64,000 nucleotides of DNA from Bryobacterales bacterium (GCA_965248365.1 CBDFJA010000003.1:386841-450840), one strand, 5' to 3'; shown: positions 44,873 to 59,123, numbered from the stretch's first letter. Translations and numbers: made by a program. Notes: a model not told the origin generated them from the letters alone.

Positions 44873-46867
44873 CTAGTAGTTGAATATGAAATCCCGTTTG
44901 TTCAAAAGCGCCCACTGCAAATCCTCGACGCCGTCCTCTACGTTTTCCCGCAACATCTGTTCGGCAACCGCAAGCTCCCCCTCCGTCGGGAACCGCGAAA
45001 GTGTCGCCAGAAACAGTTCCTCGACGAGTTGGGCGGTGCTCAGAGGCGATTCCGCGCAGAGCAGCTCAGCCACGCGGCTCCCCTCGGTTGCGCGCAAGAC
45101 CTTGTTGCGAATCAGGTCGCTGTTGAGCAGCAGCGTGGCCTGCACGATCGATCCCGCCAGGTCTCGCTCTTGCTTGTCGCGATTGCTCTGCCCAAAGAAG
45201 CTGAGAAACCGCTTCATCTCGGTGTCCGTAATATCCTCGCTCGAGTAAGTATCTCGGACGTAGCTGACCTTCTTGTCCGTACCACTGATCGCCAGCTCCG
45301 GAAACACCTGGGTGGCCTCGGAGACGGCGTCAAAAAGCTCTTCGGCCGAGAGCCGGCGCACGAACCTGCGAGCGTAATACTCAGCGTATTCCGGCTTCCA
45401 TTCGCCGTCGAAGCGCGAGGAGAGCTGGTAGGCGCTCGACTTTGTGATCAAACTCATCAAGTAGCGCAGGTCGAAGTTGTGTTTGCGAAAATCTTCAGCC
45501 AGAGCGTTGAGCAATTCGGGATGCGTCGGCTGAATCGTCCACGGCTCGGGTGGAGGATTCGCCGGGTCCTGCCGCAAAAGATCGAAATCGTGAGGCGGGT
45601 CCACGATGCCCACCACCATCAGCTCGGACCAGATCCAGTTCACCGTGGCGCGCGCGAACTGCGGCTGGTCGATCAGCATGCGGGCGAACTCCTCGCGCGG
45701 GTTTCTACCGGGCGTGGGTTTCTCGCCGGTTACATAAAAGGCCGGCTCGACATCGGCTCTGTACCGAGGGATGCGGACAATGCTGGGAGCCTTGGTGTCG
45801 TAGCCGTGGCCACCCATATGCCAATGCTCCTCGGGCCGCATCGCCGGGCCTTCCAGCAAGGTGAACTCCTGGTTCGCCATGGCTGGCCGGGAGACGCGAA
45901 TGTTGCCGAAGAACGCCGCCTGGTTCCACAAATCGACCCGCTTCTTCCGGGTGAGATAAAGATTGATGTCGTCGAGATGGCCCGCCCCGTCGTGGCAGCT
46001 TACACATCCGAGATTGAGTCCCAGAAAGTACTTCGCCGTGCTGATCGCGATCTCATCCAGCGTATCCTCGTGATTGATATAGATGTCCATCGCATCATCT
46101 ACGTGATCGCGGAGCAGCAAGTTCGCCGGGCCCGAGGTCGCCCCGGTCAGCGACGTAGCCGTCAGCATCCGACGGACGAATTCGCTGTAGGGAATGTTGA
46201 GCTTGAGCGAGAGATAAATATAGTCGTGGAAGGAGTTACGGCCGTCCCCAAGCTGTGCCCGGCTGTTCTGGAAGAGGTCACCGAACCAGTAAGTCCATTT
46301 GTGAAGGAAGGCTGCGTCGACGAGCCAGGGCCCATGCGCCTTGCCCTGGTAGGGATCGTTGGGATCGATTTCGTAGCGCAAACCCATCATCTCTTCGATG
46401 AGTTTGTCCCGCTTGTCGGTGGTTTCGTCTTTGACGAACTCGCGAATCTTATCGGGCGGCGGGATTTTCCCCCACAAGTCGATGTAGATGCGGCGCAGGA
46501 ACTCTTCATCGCTCGAGAGGCCGGCATGGGGAATGTTGTCCCGCTCCATCTTGCCGAAGATATGTTCGTCGATGAGGTTTTTTCGCTCGACCTTGCCCTG
46601 TGGGCCCAAGGCAAGTTCGCGGCTAACGCTCTCGGTAAGAGCGCTTGCCTCGTCCCGGACAGTCTGGGCCGCTTCGTCATGGGATCGATCGAGTGGGGCG
46701 CCCGAGCCCGTCGATTTCTCCGTCTTCTGATCGCCCGCGACTGTCCAACCGGCCGTTAACAGCAGCACTCCAACCAGTAGTGAAAATGTTCCTCCAGACC
46801 TAGTGCTCATGATCTTCATTCCGATAACCCGCGACGCAGCATCTATCTTCCATCTTCCCGGCGCCAA
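44873..46867 (-). CDS. DUF1549/DUF1553-family protein
   Basis: 664 aa. Signal/TM segment, GCVSCHDGAGHLD, and a C-terminal DUF1553-like region (LQWALLNKRDFIFNY). Confidence 0.8.
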   Translation of the reverse strand: MAPGRWKIDAASRVIGMKIMSTRSGGTFSLLVGVLLLTAGWTVAGDQKTEKSTGSGAPLDRSHDEAAQTVRDEASALTESVSRELALGPQGKVERKNLIDEHIFGKMERDNIPHAGLSSDEEFLRRIYIDLWGKIPPPDKIREFVKDETTDKRDKLIEEMMGLRYEIDPNDPYQGKAHGPWLVDAAFLHKWTYWFGDLFQNSRAQLGDGRNSFHDYIYLSLKLNIPYSEFVRRMLTATSLTGATSGPANLLLRDHVDDAMDIYINHEDTLDEIAISTAKYFLGLNLGCVSCHDGAGHLDDINLYLTRKKRVDLWNQAAFFGNIRVSRPAMANQEFTLLEGPAMRPEEHWHMGGHGYDTKAPSIVRIPRYRADVEPAFYVTGEKPTPGRNPREEFARMLIDQPQFARATVNWIWSELMVVGIVDPPHDFDLLRQDPANPPPEPWTIQPTHPELLNALAEDFRKHNFDLRYLMSLITKSSAYQLSSRFDGEWKPEYAEYYARRFVRRLSAEELFDAVSEATQVFPELAISGTDKKVSYVRDTYSSEDITDTEMKRFLSFFGQSNRDKQERDLAGSIVQATLLLNSDLIRNKVLRATEGSRVAELLCAESPLSTAQLVEELFLATLSRFPTEGELAVAEQMLRENVEDGVEDLQWALLNKRDFIFNY

Positions 46868-46870
46868 CTT

Positions 46871-48241
46871 CTAGACCAATCCTTCGATCGGCACGCCCGT
46901 CTTGTCGTTGATCGAATTGGCGATCTTGACCGGCCGGCCGATGGGCGTCATGTATGTTTTCGTCCAGTCGATCCCAAAGGCCTTGTAGACGCTTGCGTAA
47001 AGGTCGCCGATGGTGATCATTCTCTCGGCTACTTGAGCCCCTCGTTCGTCGCTGGCGCCGATCACTTGACCGCCTCGGATGCCGCCTCCGCCCAGCACCA
47101 TCGACCAACAGTGCGGCCAGTGGTCGCGGCCGTTGGCGGGGTTAATGTGCGGGGTGCGCCCGAACTCCCCCATGGCGATGACCACGGTGGATTCCAACAG
47201 GCCTCTTTGATCCAGGTCTTCAAGAAGCGCCGAGAGCGCTTGATCCAACTTGGGAACCAGCTCTTCACGATGTTTCTTGTCATTATCGTTATGGGCGTCC
47301 CACTGGCTGTACTTATACCCCGAAGCCGTCACGAAGCGGCATCCCGACTCGACCAGGCGGCGGGCCAGCAAGACACTGAGGCCGAACCCGTGTCTGCCGT
47401 AGCGGTCCTTCACTTTGTCGGGCTCCTTCGACAGGTCGAAGGCTTCTTTCACGTTGGGGGAGAGAATCATCTTCAGCGCCTGCTCGGTAAAGGAGTCCAT
47501 GTTGGCGTATTCGGCCAACTCCTCTTTTTGGCGGAACCGGCGCTCCACAACGTCGAGCAGGCCGCGGCGGTTTTCGATCCGCTCGAGGGGAACGGATTTC
47601 GGCAGCGTCAAGTCGGGAACTTCAAACTCGCCCTTGCTGGGATCGGGCACGAACATGGGATCGTATTGAGGACCGATGAACGCAGCCTTGAAATAATCCT
47701 CGTACTCGCGATGGATGGGCCACTGCGGGCAAACGACGTAGGGCGGAAGACCCTTGCGCGGCCCGGTTTCTCTAGCGATGATCGACCCGATGCTCGGAAA
47801 CTGCATCGCCGGATTCGGGCGGTGTCCCGTCAAGGCGTAGTGGTGGCCTTCCGGGTGGTCGATTTCTTCGGTGTGCATCGAGCGGATGATCGACAGCTTG
47901 TCCATGTTCTCGGCAATGCGCGGCAACAGCTCGGAGATTTGAATTCCGTCCACGTTCGTCGAGATCGGCTTGAAGTTGCTGTTAGGTTTGGGATCCCACG
48001 TGTCGACATGGCTCGGCCCGCCTTCGAGCCAAAGCAAGATACAGGCCTGCGCCTGGGCGTCCGGGTTGGTTCTCTGACCCGTTGCCGCCAACGCGCTCCG
48101 CATCCCGAGATACTGACTCAGGTGCATGCCCAGGAGGCTCAGAGAGCCGACTCGCAGAAAGTCTCGGCGCAGCGGCTTGTGTGGCCTGAAGTTGATCTCG
48201 TTCGGTATGTCCATGGTCTTCCTCGTTACGGTTTCGGCCAC
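46871..48241 (-). CDS. DUF1501-family protein
   Basis: 456 aa with a GTG start sharing one base with the upstream stop (TAGTG). Contains LRRDFLRVGSLS and AMGEFGRTPH. Confidence 0.85.
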   Translation of the reverse strand: MAETVTRKTMDIPNEINFRPHKPLRRDFLRVGSLSLLGMHLSQYLGMRSALAATGQRTNPDAQAQACILLWLEGGPSHVDTWDPKPNSNFKPISTNVDGIQISELLPRIAENMDKLSIIRSMHTEEIDHPEGHHYALTGHRPNPAMQFPSIGSIIARETGPRKGLPPYVVCPQWPIHREYEDYFKAAFIGPQYDPMFVPDPSKGEFEVPDLTLPKSVPLERIENRRGLLDVVERRFRQKEELAEYANMDSFTEQALKMILSPNVKEAFDLSKEPDKVKDRYGRHGFGLSVLLARRLVESGCRFVTASGYKYSQWDAHNDNDKKHREELVPKLDQALSALLEDLDQRGLLESTVVIAMGEFGRTPHINPANGRDHWPHCWSMVLGGGGIRGGQVIGASDERGAQVAERMITIGDLYASVYKAFGIDWTKTYMTPIGRPVKIANSINDKTGVPIEGLV

Positions 48242-50817
48242 TAATGGTTGAAGGCGAACTCCCTAGTGGCAATTAAAGCCCAAGCGAGATCTTGAAGAGC
48301 TTCTCGGCGGTCGCCGAATGCGGCTATGGCCTCTTCGAGTGCGGCGCGCTCCTCCGCGGTCGGAAGGCGAACCAGCGCGGCCAGGTAAAACTCGTCGATG
48401 ATCTCGCCGTTCGAAGCTCCACGGTTGACTAAGCGATCAATGCGGCTGCCCGCGGCCGCGAGTTTGCTGGTATAGGTCGGACCCGCCAGAAGATGCAACG
48501 CCTGACCCAGATTGGCCTTCACGCTGCGCTCGGGAACCATCAGCCGGTTCGGGCGCCCGTAGACATCCATGAACTGAGAAGGCACGGCATCGGGCCAGGG
48601 CAGGTTGATGGCACGCGTGCCGGGCGGCTCTTTGCTGTACATCCAGTTATCAAAGTCTTCGTACACTCCCGTCACTTGGGAAACCGCGTCTAGAAGGACC
48701 TCGGGGTCAAGCGGCCGCGCCATGGAGTGCGAGTAGTTGATCTTGTCGTTCTTGTTCGTTCGGTTGGGAGTGCTTGAAAGCTGATAGGTCCGCGACTGGG
48801 TAATCAAGCGGATCAAATACTTCAGATCATGTCCGTTTTCGCGAAAGTCCCCGGCCAATGTATCGAGCAACTCCGGGTGCGTCGGAGGATTCGTCAATCG
48901 GAAATCGTCGACCGGATCGACGATCCCGCGGGAGAAAAACAGCCCCCACATGCGGTTCACGATGGCCTCGTCGAAGTAGGCCTGGGCAGTGACCCATTGG
49001 GCTAGCCCCATGCGCAGGTCGGTCCGTTGATCCTCCGCCAGAACCCGGCCGTCGAGAAACGTCGGTTCCATTTCTTGTTTGGTTCGTGGATGAATGACCT
49101 TGGCACCCTGCCCGAACTCGCCGTGTCCGGCCGGATCATCGATGATGAGCATGTCCTGACCGAGCTGCCCGATCCGGCTGAGGCGACCGAAGAACGCCGC
49201 CAACCCCCAGTATTGGTCCTGACTCCACTTCTCGTAGGGGTGGTTGTGGCACTGGGCGCAGTCGAGCCGGCGGCCCAGAAATACCCGCAACTCCTCGGAC
49301 ATCATGTTGCCTGGCGCGGGCAACTCGCCGCCGATGTGGTAGTAGTGGCGCGAGGGCCCGTCGTAACCTTGCGCGGCAATGCGCTGGCGGGCGATTTCGT
49401 CGTAGGGGACGTTCCGCGCGATCATGTCGCGGACCCATTCCCAATACATCTTCGTGTACTTCAGGTCGCCCTGCGGACCCATGGCCACGCGGTAGAGGTC
49501 GGCGAAGCGGAAGGTCCAATAATCGATGTATTCGGGCGAGGCGAGCAGAATGTCGATCAGCTTGTCTCGCTTGTCGGGGTTGGGATCGTCGAGAAACTCC
49601 AGGACACGCTCGGGCGGCGGCAGAGTACCGGTCACGTCCAGGCACACTCGGCGCAGGAACTCTTGGTCGCTCGCGGTTTCCGACGGGATGATGTTGAACT
49701 TCTTCAGCTTGGCGAACACATAGTCATCGATGTAATTTCTTCGCGGTATCTCGGGATAGTCCGCTATGGGTTCCGAGATCACCCCAAACCCGGCGCTGAC
49801 GGCGTGGCCCGCCGCGCGGATCATGACCGCGGTTTCGCCCGTCTGGACGGCCCTCACGAGTCCGCTTTCTGAAACCTCGACGACCTCGGGGTTGTTCGAC
49901 ACGTAGAGCACTTGCCCGCTGACGTCTTCCTGCTGTCCGTTTGAAAGATAGGCCGTAACCAACAGCTGCTGCTTCCCGTTTCCGTCGAGCACGACCGATT
50001 TCGGCAAGACCTCGATCCCCTCAACCCGCACGGCTCCCGAAGCGTCGTCCTCGCCGTAGGGCGCGCCCTGCCGGATCCAGTCTAGAATCGTCTCGTAGTC
50101 CGCTGAACCGACGGCGATGAGAGGGCCGCCGCCGTGTGCGACCTGCATGGTCGGCTTGGCCAGCAAGAGGCTTTTCTCCGCAGCTTCCAAGTTGATTCGA
50201 GACACCCGGGCGCCCTCGGACCCGGCGGCAAGAACTTGGTAGGTTCCCCCTTTGACGATCCACTCGTAGTCCTCTTTGGGGTACAGGGCATTGGCCGAAA
50301 GCTTGAATCCTCCCTTGCCTTTCACGCTGCCATGGCAGTCGTTCGAGTTGCAGCCTCTCTTGGTGAAAATGCCGCCGACGTCGCGGGAAAAACTAAATGG
50401 GCGGGTCTGTTCGGAGCCGGCCACCCGGACGTTGGCCCGCGCCTTCGCCCCCTCGACTTCGGCCGTCAGAGTGGCTTGCCCATCGGCCACGGCCACGACT
50501 TGTCCCGGCTCCTTTAACTTGGCTCGCGCGGGGTCTGAAATGGAAAACTTGCTCTGCTCCGTTACATCCCGCTCTAGACCGTCGGCAAATCGGCCCAGCA
50601 CGAGAACGCGTTGCGCGGCGCCCGCTCCCCAGAGTTTGACTTCCTGGGGGACCAGCCTCACCGACAACACTTCGCCGGTTGATCCCGAGGCAGCCGGAAT
50701 GGCCAGGCTGAGAATCATGGCCGGCAAAACCCACCGGCTTCTTAGGTCTCGCCGGAAGTCTCTTGCCTGGTGAGCGAGCTTGGCAACGTTATTCATTTCG
50801 GTTTTCTTCCCCATCAA
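48241..50817 (-). CDS. DUF1549/DUF1553-family protein with N-terminal Ig-like (Big_2-type) domains
   Basis: 858 aa. Contains CAQCHNHPYEKW. Ig-like segments such as VEVSESGLVRAVQTGETAVMIRAAG. C-terminus LAWALIATREFAFNH. Confidence 0.8.
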   Translation of the reverse strand: MMGKKTEMNNVAKLAHQARDFRRDLRSRWVLPAMILSLAIPAASGSTGEVLSVRLVPQEVKLWGAGAAQRVLVLGRFADGLERDVTEQSKFSISDPARAKLKEPGQVVAVADGQATLTAEVEGAKARANVRVAGSEQTRPFSFSRDVGGIFTKRGCNSNDCHGSVKGKGGFKLSANALYPKEDYEWIVKGGTYQVLAAGSEGARVSRINLEAAEKSLLLAKPTMQVAHGGGPLIAVGSADYETILDWIRQGAPYGEDDASGAVRVEGIEVLPKSVVLDGNGKQQLLVTAYLSNGQQEDVSGQVLYVSNNPEVVEVSESGLVRAVQTGETAVMIRAAGHAVSAGFGVISEPIADYPEIPRRNYIDDYVFAKLKKFNIIPSETASDQEFLRRVCLDVTGTLPPPERVLEFLDDPNPDKRDKLIDILLASPEYIDYWTFRFADLYRVAMGPQGDLKYTKMYWEWVRDMIARNVPYDEIARQRIAAQGYDGPSRHYYHIGGELPAPGNMMSEELRVFLGRRLDCAQCHNHPYEKWSQDQYWGLAAFFGRLSRIGQLGQDMLIIDDPAGHGEFGQGAKVIHPRTKQEMEPTFLDGRVLAEDQRTDLRMGLAQWVTAQAYFDEAIVNRMWGLFFSRGIVDPVDDFRLTNPPTHPELLDTLAGDFRENGHDLKYLIRLITQSRTYQLSSTPNRTNKNDKINYSHSMARPLDPEVLLDAVSQVTGVYEDFDNWMYSKEPPGTRAINLPWPDAVPSQFMDVYGRPNRLMVPERSVKANLGQALHLLAGPTYTSKLAAAGSRIDRLVNRGASNGEIIDEFYLAALVRLPTAEERAALEEAIAAFGDRREALQDLAWALIATREFAFNH

Positions 50818-50820
50818 CGC

Positions 50821-52749
50821 CTAGTCGCCAGAAGATGTCTGCCCCGACTCGACGACCATCAACGGAATCTCTTTCAGCGGCAGGGGCGGGCCGATCTTGC
50901 CGTCGACGACCGGCCGCGCTACAACGCGAATAAACTTCGGCCATCGGGTGAGCGGGGCGTCCTCGCCGGCCACCAGCATGATGACCGCTGTCTGCGACTT
51001 GGGCACGAATCGTTTCTTGTGGCCCTCGTCCAACGGGGGGCCGCGGTCGGGATCGACCTCCGTACCCGTGACCGCGTCAACACCCGGCGGCAGTCCTTCC
51101 ACTTTCAGTGCGATCTCCCCGCCGAAGCCTTCTTCCTGGTCCGTGGTAACGGTCAGCTTCTTGGCGCCGCCCCGCGCCAAGTTGATCTGCTCCTGCTCGA
51201 CGACAACATCCCCCACGTGCGACGCCTGCGGGCGAATCAGCACGCGATAGCGGAAGCTCGGGTCGCCGTAGCGAGACGTGACGTCGCGAACCTGCAAGTA
51301 GTACTCGCCGCCGAGCTCGAACGTGTAGATGGTCTTCGGCTCGACGGTCTTCAAATAGAAGGTGAAGTTCCGCGAGATCCGCTTGTAAATGTTGGTCAAG
51401 AATTCGTTGTCGGCGTCGAAAACTCCGAGTCGCGGATTGAAGGCGGGTAAGCTCGTATCGGGAGTTTCGATCTCGAAAGCGAGGCCCTGCCCGGGATCCA
51501 CCTTGAACTTGAAGATATCCACGTCGCCGGGGCGCTCGATTGCTCCTTCGAGGATCGTCGGCAACTTCACCGCCAACGCTTGGGAGAAGCTGTCGTTCGG
51601 CTCTTCCGCGATCACTATCGCAGGAACGGTTGAATCGATCGACAGATTATCTCGTTCCGCTGGGACGCCGCTGCTCGCCTCTCCCGCAGCCGATCCGCCC
51701 GCTGTCGCGGCCGGCTCGGTTGCCCTCCCGGGAACGGTCCGCGACCATAGTTGCTCGAGCCGGTCCAGCTCGAGGATTCTCTCAAACGCACGCTCCCGCC
51801 ATCTCGACGCGGCAGGAGACGAATCGCCGCCTTCCCCCGACAACTCATCCGCCGCCGGAGTTTCCGAAGGCGTGATGCGAAGCTGGTAGGAATAATCCGG
51901 CGACCCCTTCCACATGAAGGAAGAGACCCGCACTAGGTAGCGGCCTGCCTTGCTGAACCGGTAAGTCAACCTCGGAGCGTTAGAGACAAACGGTGATCGA
52001 GGCTCGTCGTTGAACGCGAGGCGCGTAGCTTTCTGAGGATCGAACCAACTTCCCCTGGGTTCATAGAGAGTCAACTCGGGGTCAAACTGCCCAGGCGGGC
52101 CCATAAATGATCCGGGGGGAGCATTCGAGAAAACCTCGAACGCGAGGTCTTCGCCCCGGGACGCTTCAAACGCGTAGAAATCAACTTCGCCCGCTTGGCT
52201 GATCTTCCCCTCGATCGTCGTGGGGATGCGAACCGACTGCGCCGTGCCGGCTGAGTCGTGCGGTGTTTCAGCCTCTCCTACGCTGGAGAGGGAGGTGACG
52301 GCGAATTCGAGCGAGTTCGAGATCCCTTGCGGCGTGAGAACGCGAAGCTGGTGAACCCCGAGAGGCGTGTCCGGATCGACTTCGACTTTCAGCGAGACGC
52401 GGTGGCCCTGGCGATTCTTGATCGCCTTCAGGTCGTAATCTTTCGCCGCCTCGAACTCGATTTCGCCGATGCCCTCGACCTCGGCGCGCAAACTTTCGCT
52501 GTCGAACCAGACTCCATAGGCGCCTTGTAGCGCCCTCCCTCGAACCTCGGCTCGTATGGTTGCCCCCTGCCGGGCGCCAACCGGGAAAACGGAAACAAGT
52601 TGCGGCTCCCCGGGCGGGTTGTCGGTGGCGTCCTCAGCCGTCAACCGGGGCGCATTGACGCACAGCAGAGTCGCAACAAGGGCGCACGAAACTAGCCCGG
52701 GGACCATCCTAGTTGACCCTTTCGCGAAAACACTCGACAGCACGGCCAT
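50821..52749 (-). CDS. Secreted protein with repeated pre-peptidase C-terminal (PPC)-like domains
   Basis: 642 aa with a signal peptide. Recurring G(E/D)VD(F/I)(Y/F)(A/K)F motifs (GEVDFYAFEASRGEDLAFEV, GDVDIFKFKVDPGQGLAFEIE). Confidence 0.65.
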   Translation of the reverse strand: MAVLSSVFAKGSTRMVPGLVSCALVATLLCVNAPRLTAEDATDNPPGEPQLVSVFPVGARQGATIRAEVRGRALQGAYGVWFDSESLRAEVEGIGEIEFEAAKDYDLKAIKNRQGHRVSLKVEVDPDTPLGVHQLRVLTPQGISNSLEFAVTSLSSVGEAETPHDSAGTAQSVRIPTTIEGKISQAGEVDFYAFEASRGEDLAFEVFSNAPPGSFMGPPGQFDPELTLYEPRGSWFDPQKATRLAFNDEPRSPFVSNAPRLTYRFSKAGRYLVRVSSFMWKGSPDYSYQLRITPSETPAADELSGEGGDSSPAASRWRERAFERILELDRLEQLWSRTVPGRATEPAATAGGSAAGEASSGVPAERDNLSIDSTVPAIVIAEEPNDSFSQALAVKLPTILEGAIERPGDVDIFKFKVDPGQGLAFEIETPDTSLPAFNPRLGVFDADNEFLTNIYKRISRNFTFYLKTVEPKTIYTFELGGEYYLQVRDVTSRYGDPSFRYRVLIRPQASHVGDVVVEQEQINLARGGAKKLTVTTDQEEGFGGEIALKVEGLPPGVDAVTGTEVDPDRGPPLDEGHKKRFVPKSQTAVIMLVAGEDAPLTRWPKFIRVVARPVVDGKIGPPLPLKEIPLMVVESGQTSSGD

Positions 52750-53632
52750 GAGTGCCGAAACCCCCTACCTGAGCAGGCTATGAGCCGGCAGCAGCAAACG
52801 GCCTTCCGAGACGCTCCCCCCATCCTCCGCTGCAAGCAGCGGCGGCCCGCCTGATGCACACCTAGCTATCACAGATTCTAACACTTTGGGCCCTGTTTGA
52901 AGGGTAGTGTTCAAACTGAGACCCTACCAGAAAGCCGCTGGGGGTTGCCGTCGATTCTTGCGTTCCTTGGCAGAGCGAGAAGTCCCCGTAGCGCGGGCCT
53001 GGGCCGCCGTTTGGCCCAGACCCGCGGCCTTTTCTGATCCCTCGCGGGGAAACACTTGACACGCTCGCTATTCTGAAGGGGGGAAGCGCACAGGCTGGGG
53101 TAACGCTCGACGAGCGAAGAAAAAATACCAAACAAAGTCAATTTCCAGCAACTCATTTGCAATCAATTGGTTACGACGGTTTCGGGCGGCCTCTCCGGGC
53201 ATCCCCGACCGCCGAGATCCGAGGCCTTCGTTTCGTGGCGCACGCCGTGGCGCCATTCCGGGCGACATCGAACTCCGTCGTGGTGCAAGCTCTCCGCTTG
53301 CCGCCTCGAGACTCATCTCGACCCCTGGGGCGGTTCCGCCATGCGGGGATTTGCCCGGTCACGGGCCACAACATCTTTTTTGTCAGTCCGCGCCTGTCGC
53401 TCAGCCCGGCGGAAAGACAGGTTTCCTGCATAATGAAAAACACGCCCTGGCTGGCCTCCCGGGCGAAACGAACCATCGATGGCGGATCCGCGGGGGCGCC
53501 ACTCGACGACCGGAGCAGGTGGGTATAAAGTTGAGAGCTGCCTTCCACACAGAAGCCCCCCGGGCCTCCGTAGATCGGCCGGGAGGCGCACGGAACCGAA
53601 CGTTCTGCCGTGGCGCGCCACGCCGGGCCCGG

Positions 53633-55312
53633 ATGGCCGCCGTCTCGCTGACCTTTCTCATTGCCGGGCGCGGTCCGCTGCCGGCCGGCGACTGGATTTC
53701 GTTTGTCGATGTCGCGGCGCAGGCAGGCGTCGAGCCGGAAATCGTCTATGGCGGCGTCGAGAGGAAAAAATACATCCTCGAAAGCTCCGGCACGGGCGTT
53801 GCCATCTTCGACTATGACGGCGACGGACGCCCAGATATCTTCTTCGTCAACGGCGCCCGACTCGACCTTCCCCCGGAAAAAGCCCCAAGCAACCTTTTAT
53901 ATCGCAACCTTGGGGACTGGAAATTCGAGGACGTCACCGCGAAAGCAGGTCTCCGCCAAACCGGCTGGGGCCAAGCCGCTTGCGTCGGGGACTTCGACAA
54001 CGACGGATGGACCGACTTGAACGTGACCTACTACGGCGGCAACCGCCTCTATCGCAACCGGGGAGACGGAAGTTTCGAGGAGGTTGCAAAAACGGCCGGG
54101 GTCGAAACCGCCGAGCGCTGGAATGCCGGGTGCACCTTCCTCGATTACGACAAAGACGGGAATCTCGACCTGTTCGTTGCCAACTACGTTCACTACGAAG
54201 ATGCCGCCAAGTACGAACCGGGGTCGGGCCCCAACTGCAAATGGGAGGGCATGGACGTTCTGTGTGGTCCGACGAGCCTGCGAGGGTCAACGAACGTCCT
54301 CTACCGCGGTAACGGGGAGGGCGCTTTTACGGACGTTGCCGCCCCGAGCGGCATAGCGCGCGCGGACGGCTACTACTGCTTCATGCCCGTGACGCTCGAT
54401 ATTGACGGGGACGGATGGAGCGACATCTACGTAGCTTGCGACGCGACTCCGAACATCCTTTACCACAACCAGGGGGACGGCACGTTTGCCGACATCGGCA
54501 TGGAGTCGGGCACGGCTCTGAGCGAAGACGGGCAAGAGCAAGCCGGTATGGGCGTGGCGGTGGGAGACTACAACCTCGATGGCCGCCCGGACCTGCTGGT
54601 CACGAACTTTGCCGGCGAAACGACGACACTCTACCGCAACAGCGGCGGTCGAAGCTTCCTCGATGCGACCCTTGAGGCCAAGCTTGGCGCCGCTACGCGA
54701 TATCTGAGCTGGGGCGTAGGACTGGTGGATTTGAACAACGACGGCTGGAAGGATATCTTCGTCGCCAGCGGGCACGTCTATCCGGAGGTCGATCAGCATC
54801 CTTCGAGGATCACTTACCGCCAGCCCATGCAGGTCTTCCGCAATCTCGGTGACGCTACTTTCGAAGACATGTCGTCTCGGTCCGGCCAGGCAGTCCAATT
54901 GAAGAAAGCAAGCCGGGGCGCCGCTTTCAACGACCTTGACGGCGACGGCGACCTGGATGTCGCTGTTGTGAACATCAACGACCGCCCTATGCTGCTGCGA
55001 AACGACGGTGGTCATGAGCAGAACTGGCTGAGGATTCGGCTGGAGGGCGAGAAATCCAACCGCGGCGGGATCGGCGCGCGGATCGAGGTCACAAGTGGAG
55101 ACCAAACCCAGGTCGAGGAAGTACGCAGCGCGTCCAGCTATTATTCGACGAGCGGCTTGACCGCGCACTTCGGTCTTGGGGTTGCCCAGCAAGCCGATTA
55201 CGTCGAAGTGCATTGGCCGAGCGGAACACGTCAAACATTTAAGAAGGTCGCGGGCAATCAAACCGTCTCGATTCATGAGAGGGAGGGTATCGAGAACGAA
55301 CCGGCTCGCTGA
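53633..55312 (+). CDS. CRTAC1-family protein (FG-GAP/VCBS repeats plus ASPIC/UnbV C-terminal domain)
   Basis: Repeats FDYDGDGRPDIFFVNG, GDFDNDGWTDLNV and LDYDKDGNLDLFVAN. C-terminus GIGARIEVTSGDQTQVEEVRSASSYYST. ATG 53633 is preferred over the ORF opening at 53351. Confidence 0.85.
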   Translation: MAAVSLTFLIAGRGPLPAGDWISFVDVAAQAGVEPEIVYGGVERKKYILESSGTGVAIFDYDGDGRPDIFFVNGARLDLPPEKAPSNLLYRNLGDWKFEDVTAKAGLRQTGWGQAACVGDFDNDGWTDLNVTYYGGNRLYRNRGDGSFEEVAKTAGVETAERWNAGCTFLDYDKDGNLDLFVANYVHYEDAAKYEPGSGPNCKWEGMDVLCGPTSLRGSTNVLYRGNGEGAFTDVAAPSGIARADGYYCFMPVTLDIDGDGWSDIYVACDATPNILYHNQGDGTFADIGMESGTALSEDGQEQAGMGVAVGDYNLDGRPDLLVTNFAGETTTLYRNSGGRSFLDATLEAKLGAATRYLSWGVGLVDLNNDGWKDIFVASGHVYPEVDQHPSRITYRQPMQVFRNLGDATFEDMSSRSGQAVQLKKASRGAAFNDLDGDGDLDVAVVNINDRPMLLRNDGGHEQNWLRIRLEGEKSNRGGIGARIEVTSGDQTQVEEVRSASSYYSTSGLTAHFGLGVAQQADYVEVHWPSGTRQTFKKVAGNQTVSIHEREGIENEPAR

Positions 55313-55392
55313 TCTCGATCCTGCGGTGGGACGCCGCTCGGCGGAGACCCGTTCATAAGCACAAAATCTCCGGTGATATAGTTAAGGCGGAA

Positions 55393-57648
<2,256 letters not shown>

Positions 57649-57725
57649 TCGATCTTCCCGCCAGGGGTCGAGATTAAGAAACCCCACCCAAAGCTCGCCC
57701 CGGTCTTTGGGATAATGACGGGCAC

Positions 57726-59123
<1,398 letters not shown>

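Noticed and set aside
53400-53632. A sigma-54 (TGGCAC-N5-TTGC) or clear sigma-70 promoter upstream of the CRTAC1 gene
   Set aside because: Only partial matches were found (a TATAAA at ~53524 without a properly spaced -35, and TGGC strings without TTGC). This is not enough to call a promoter.
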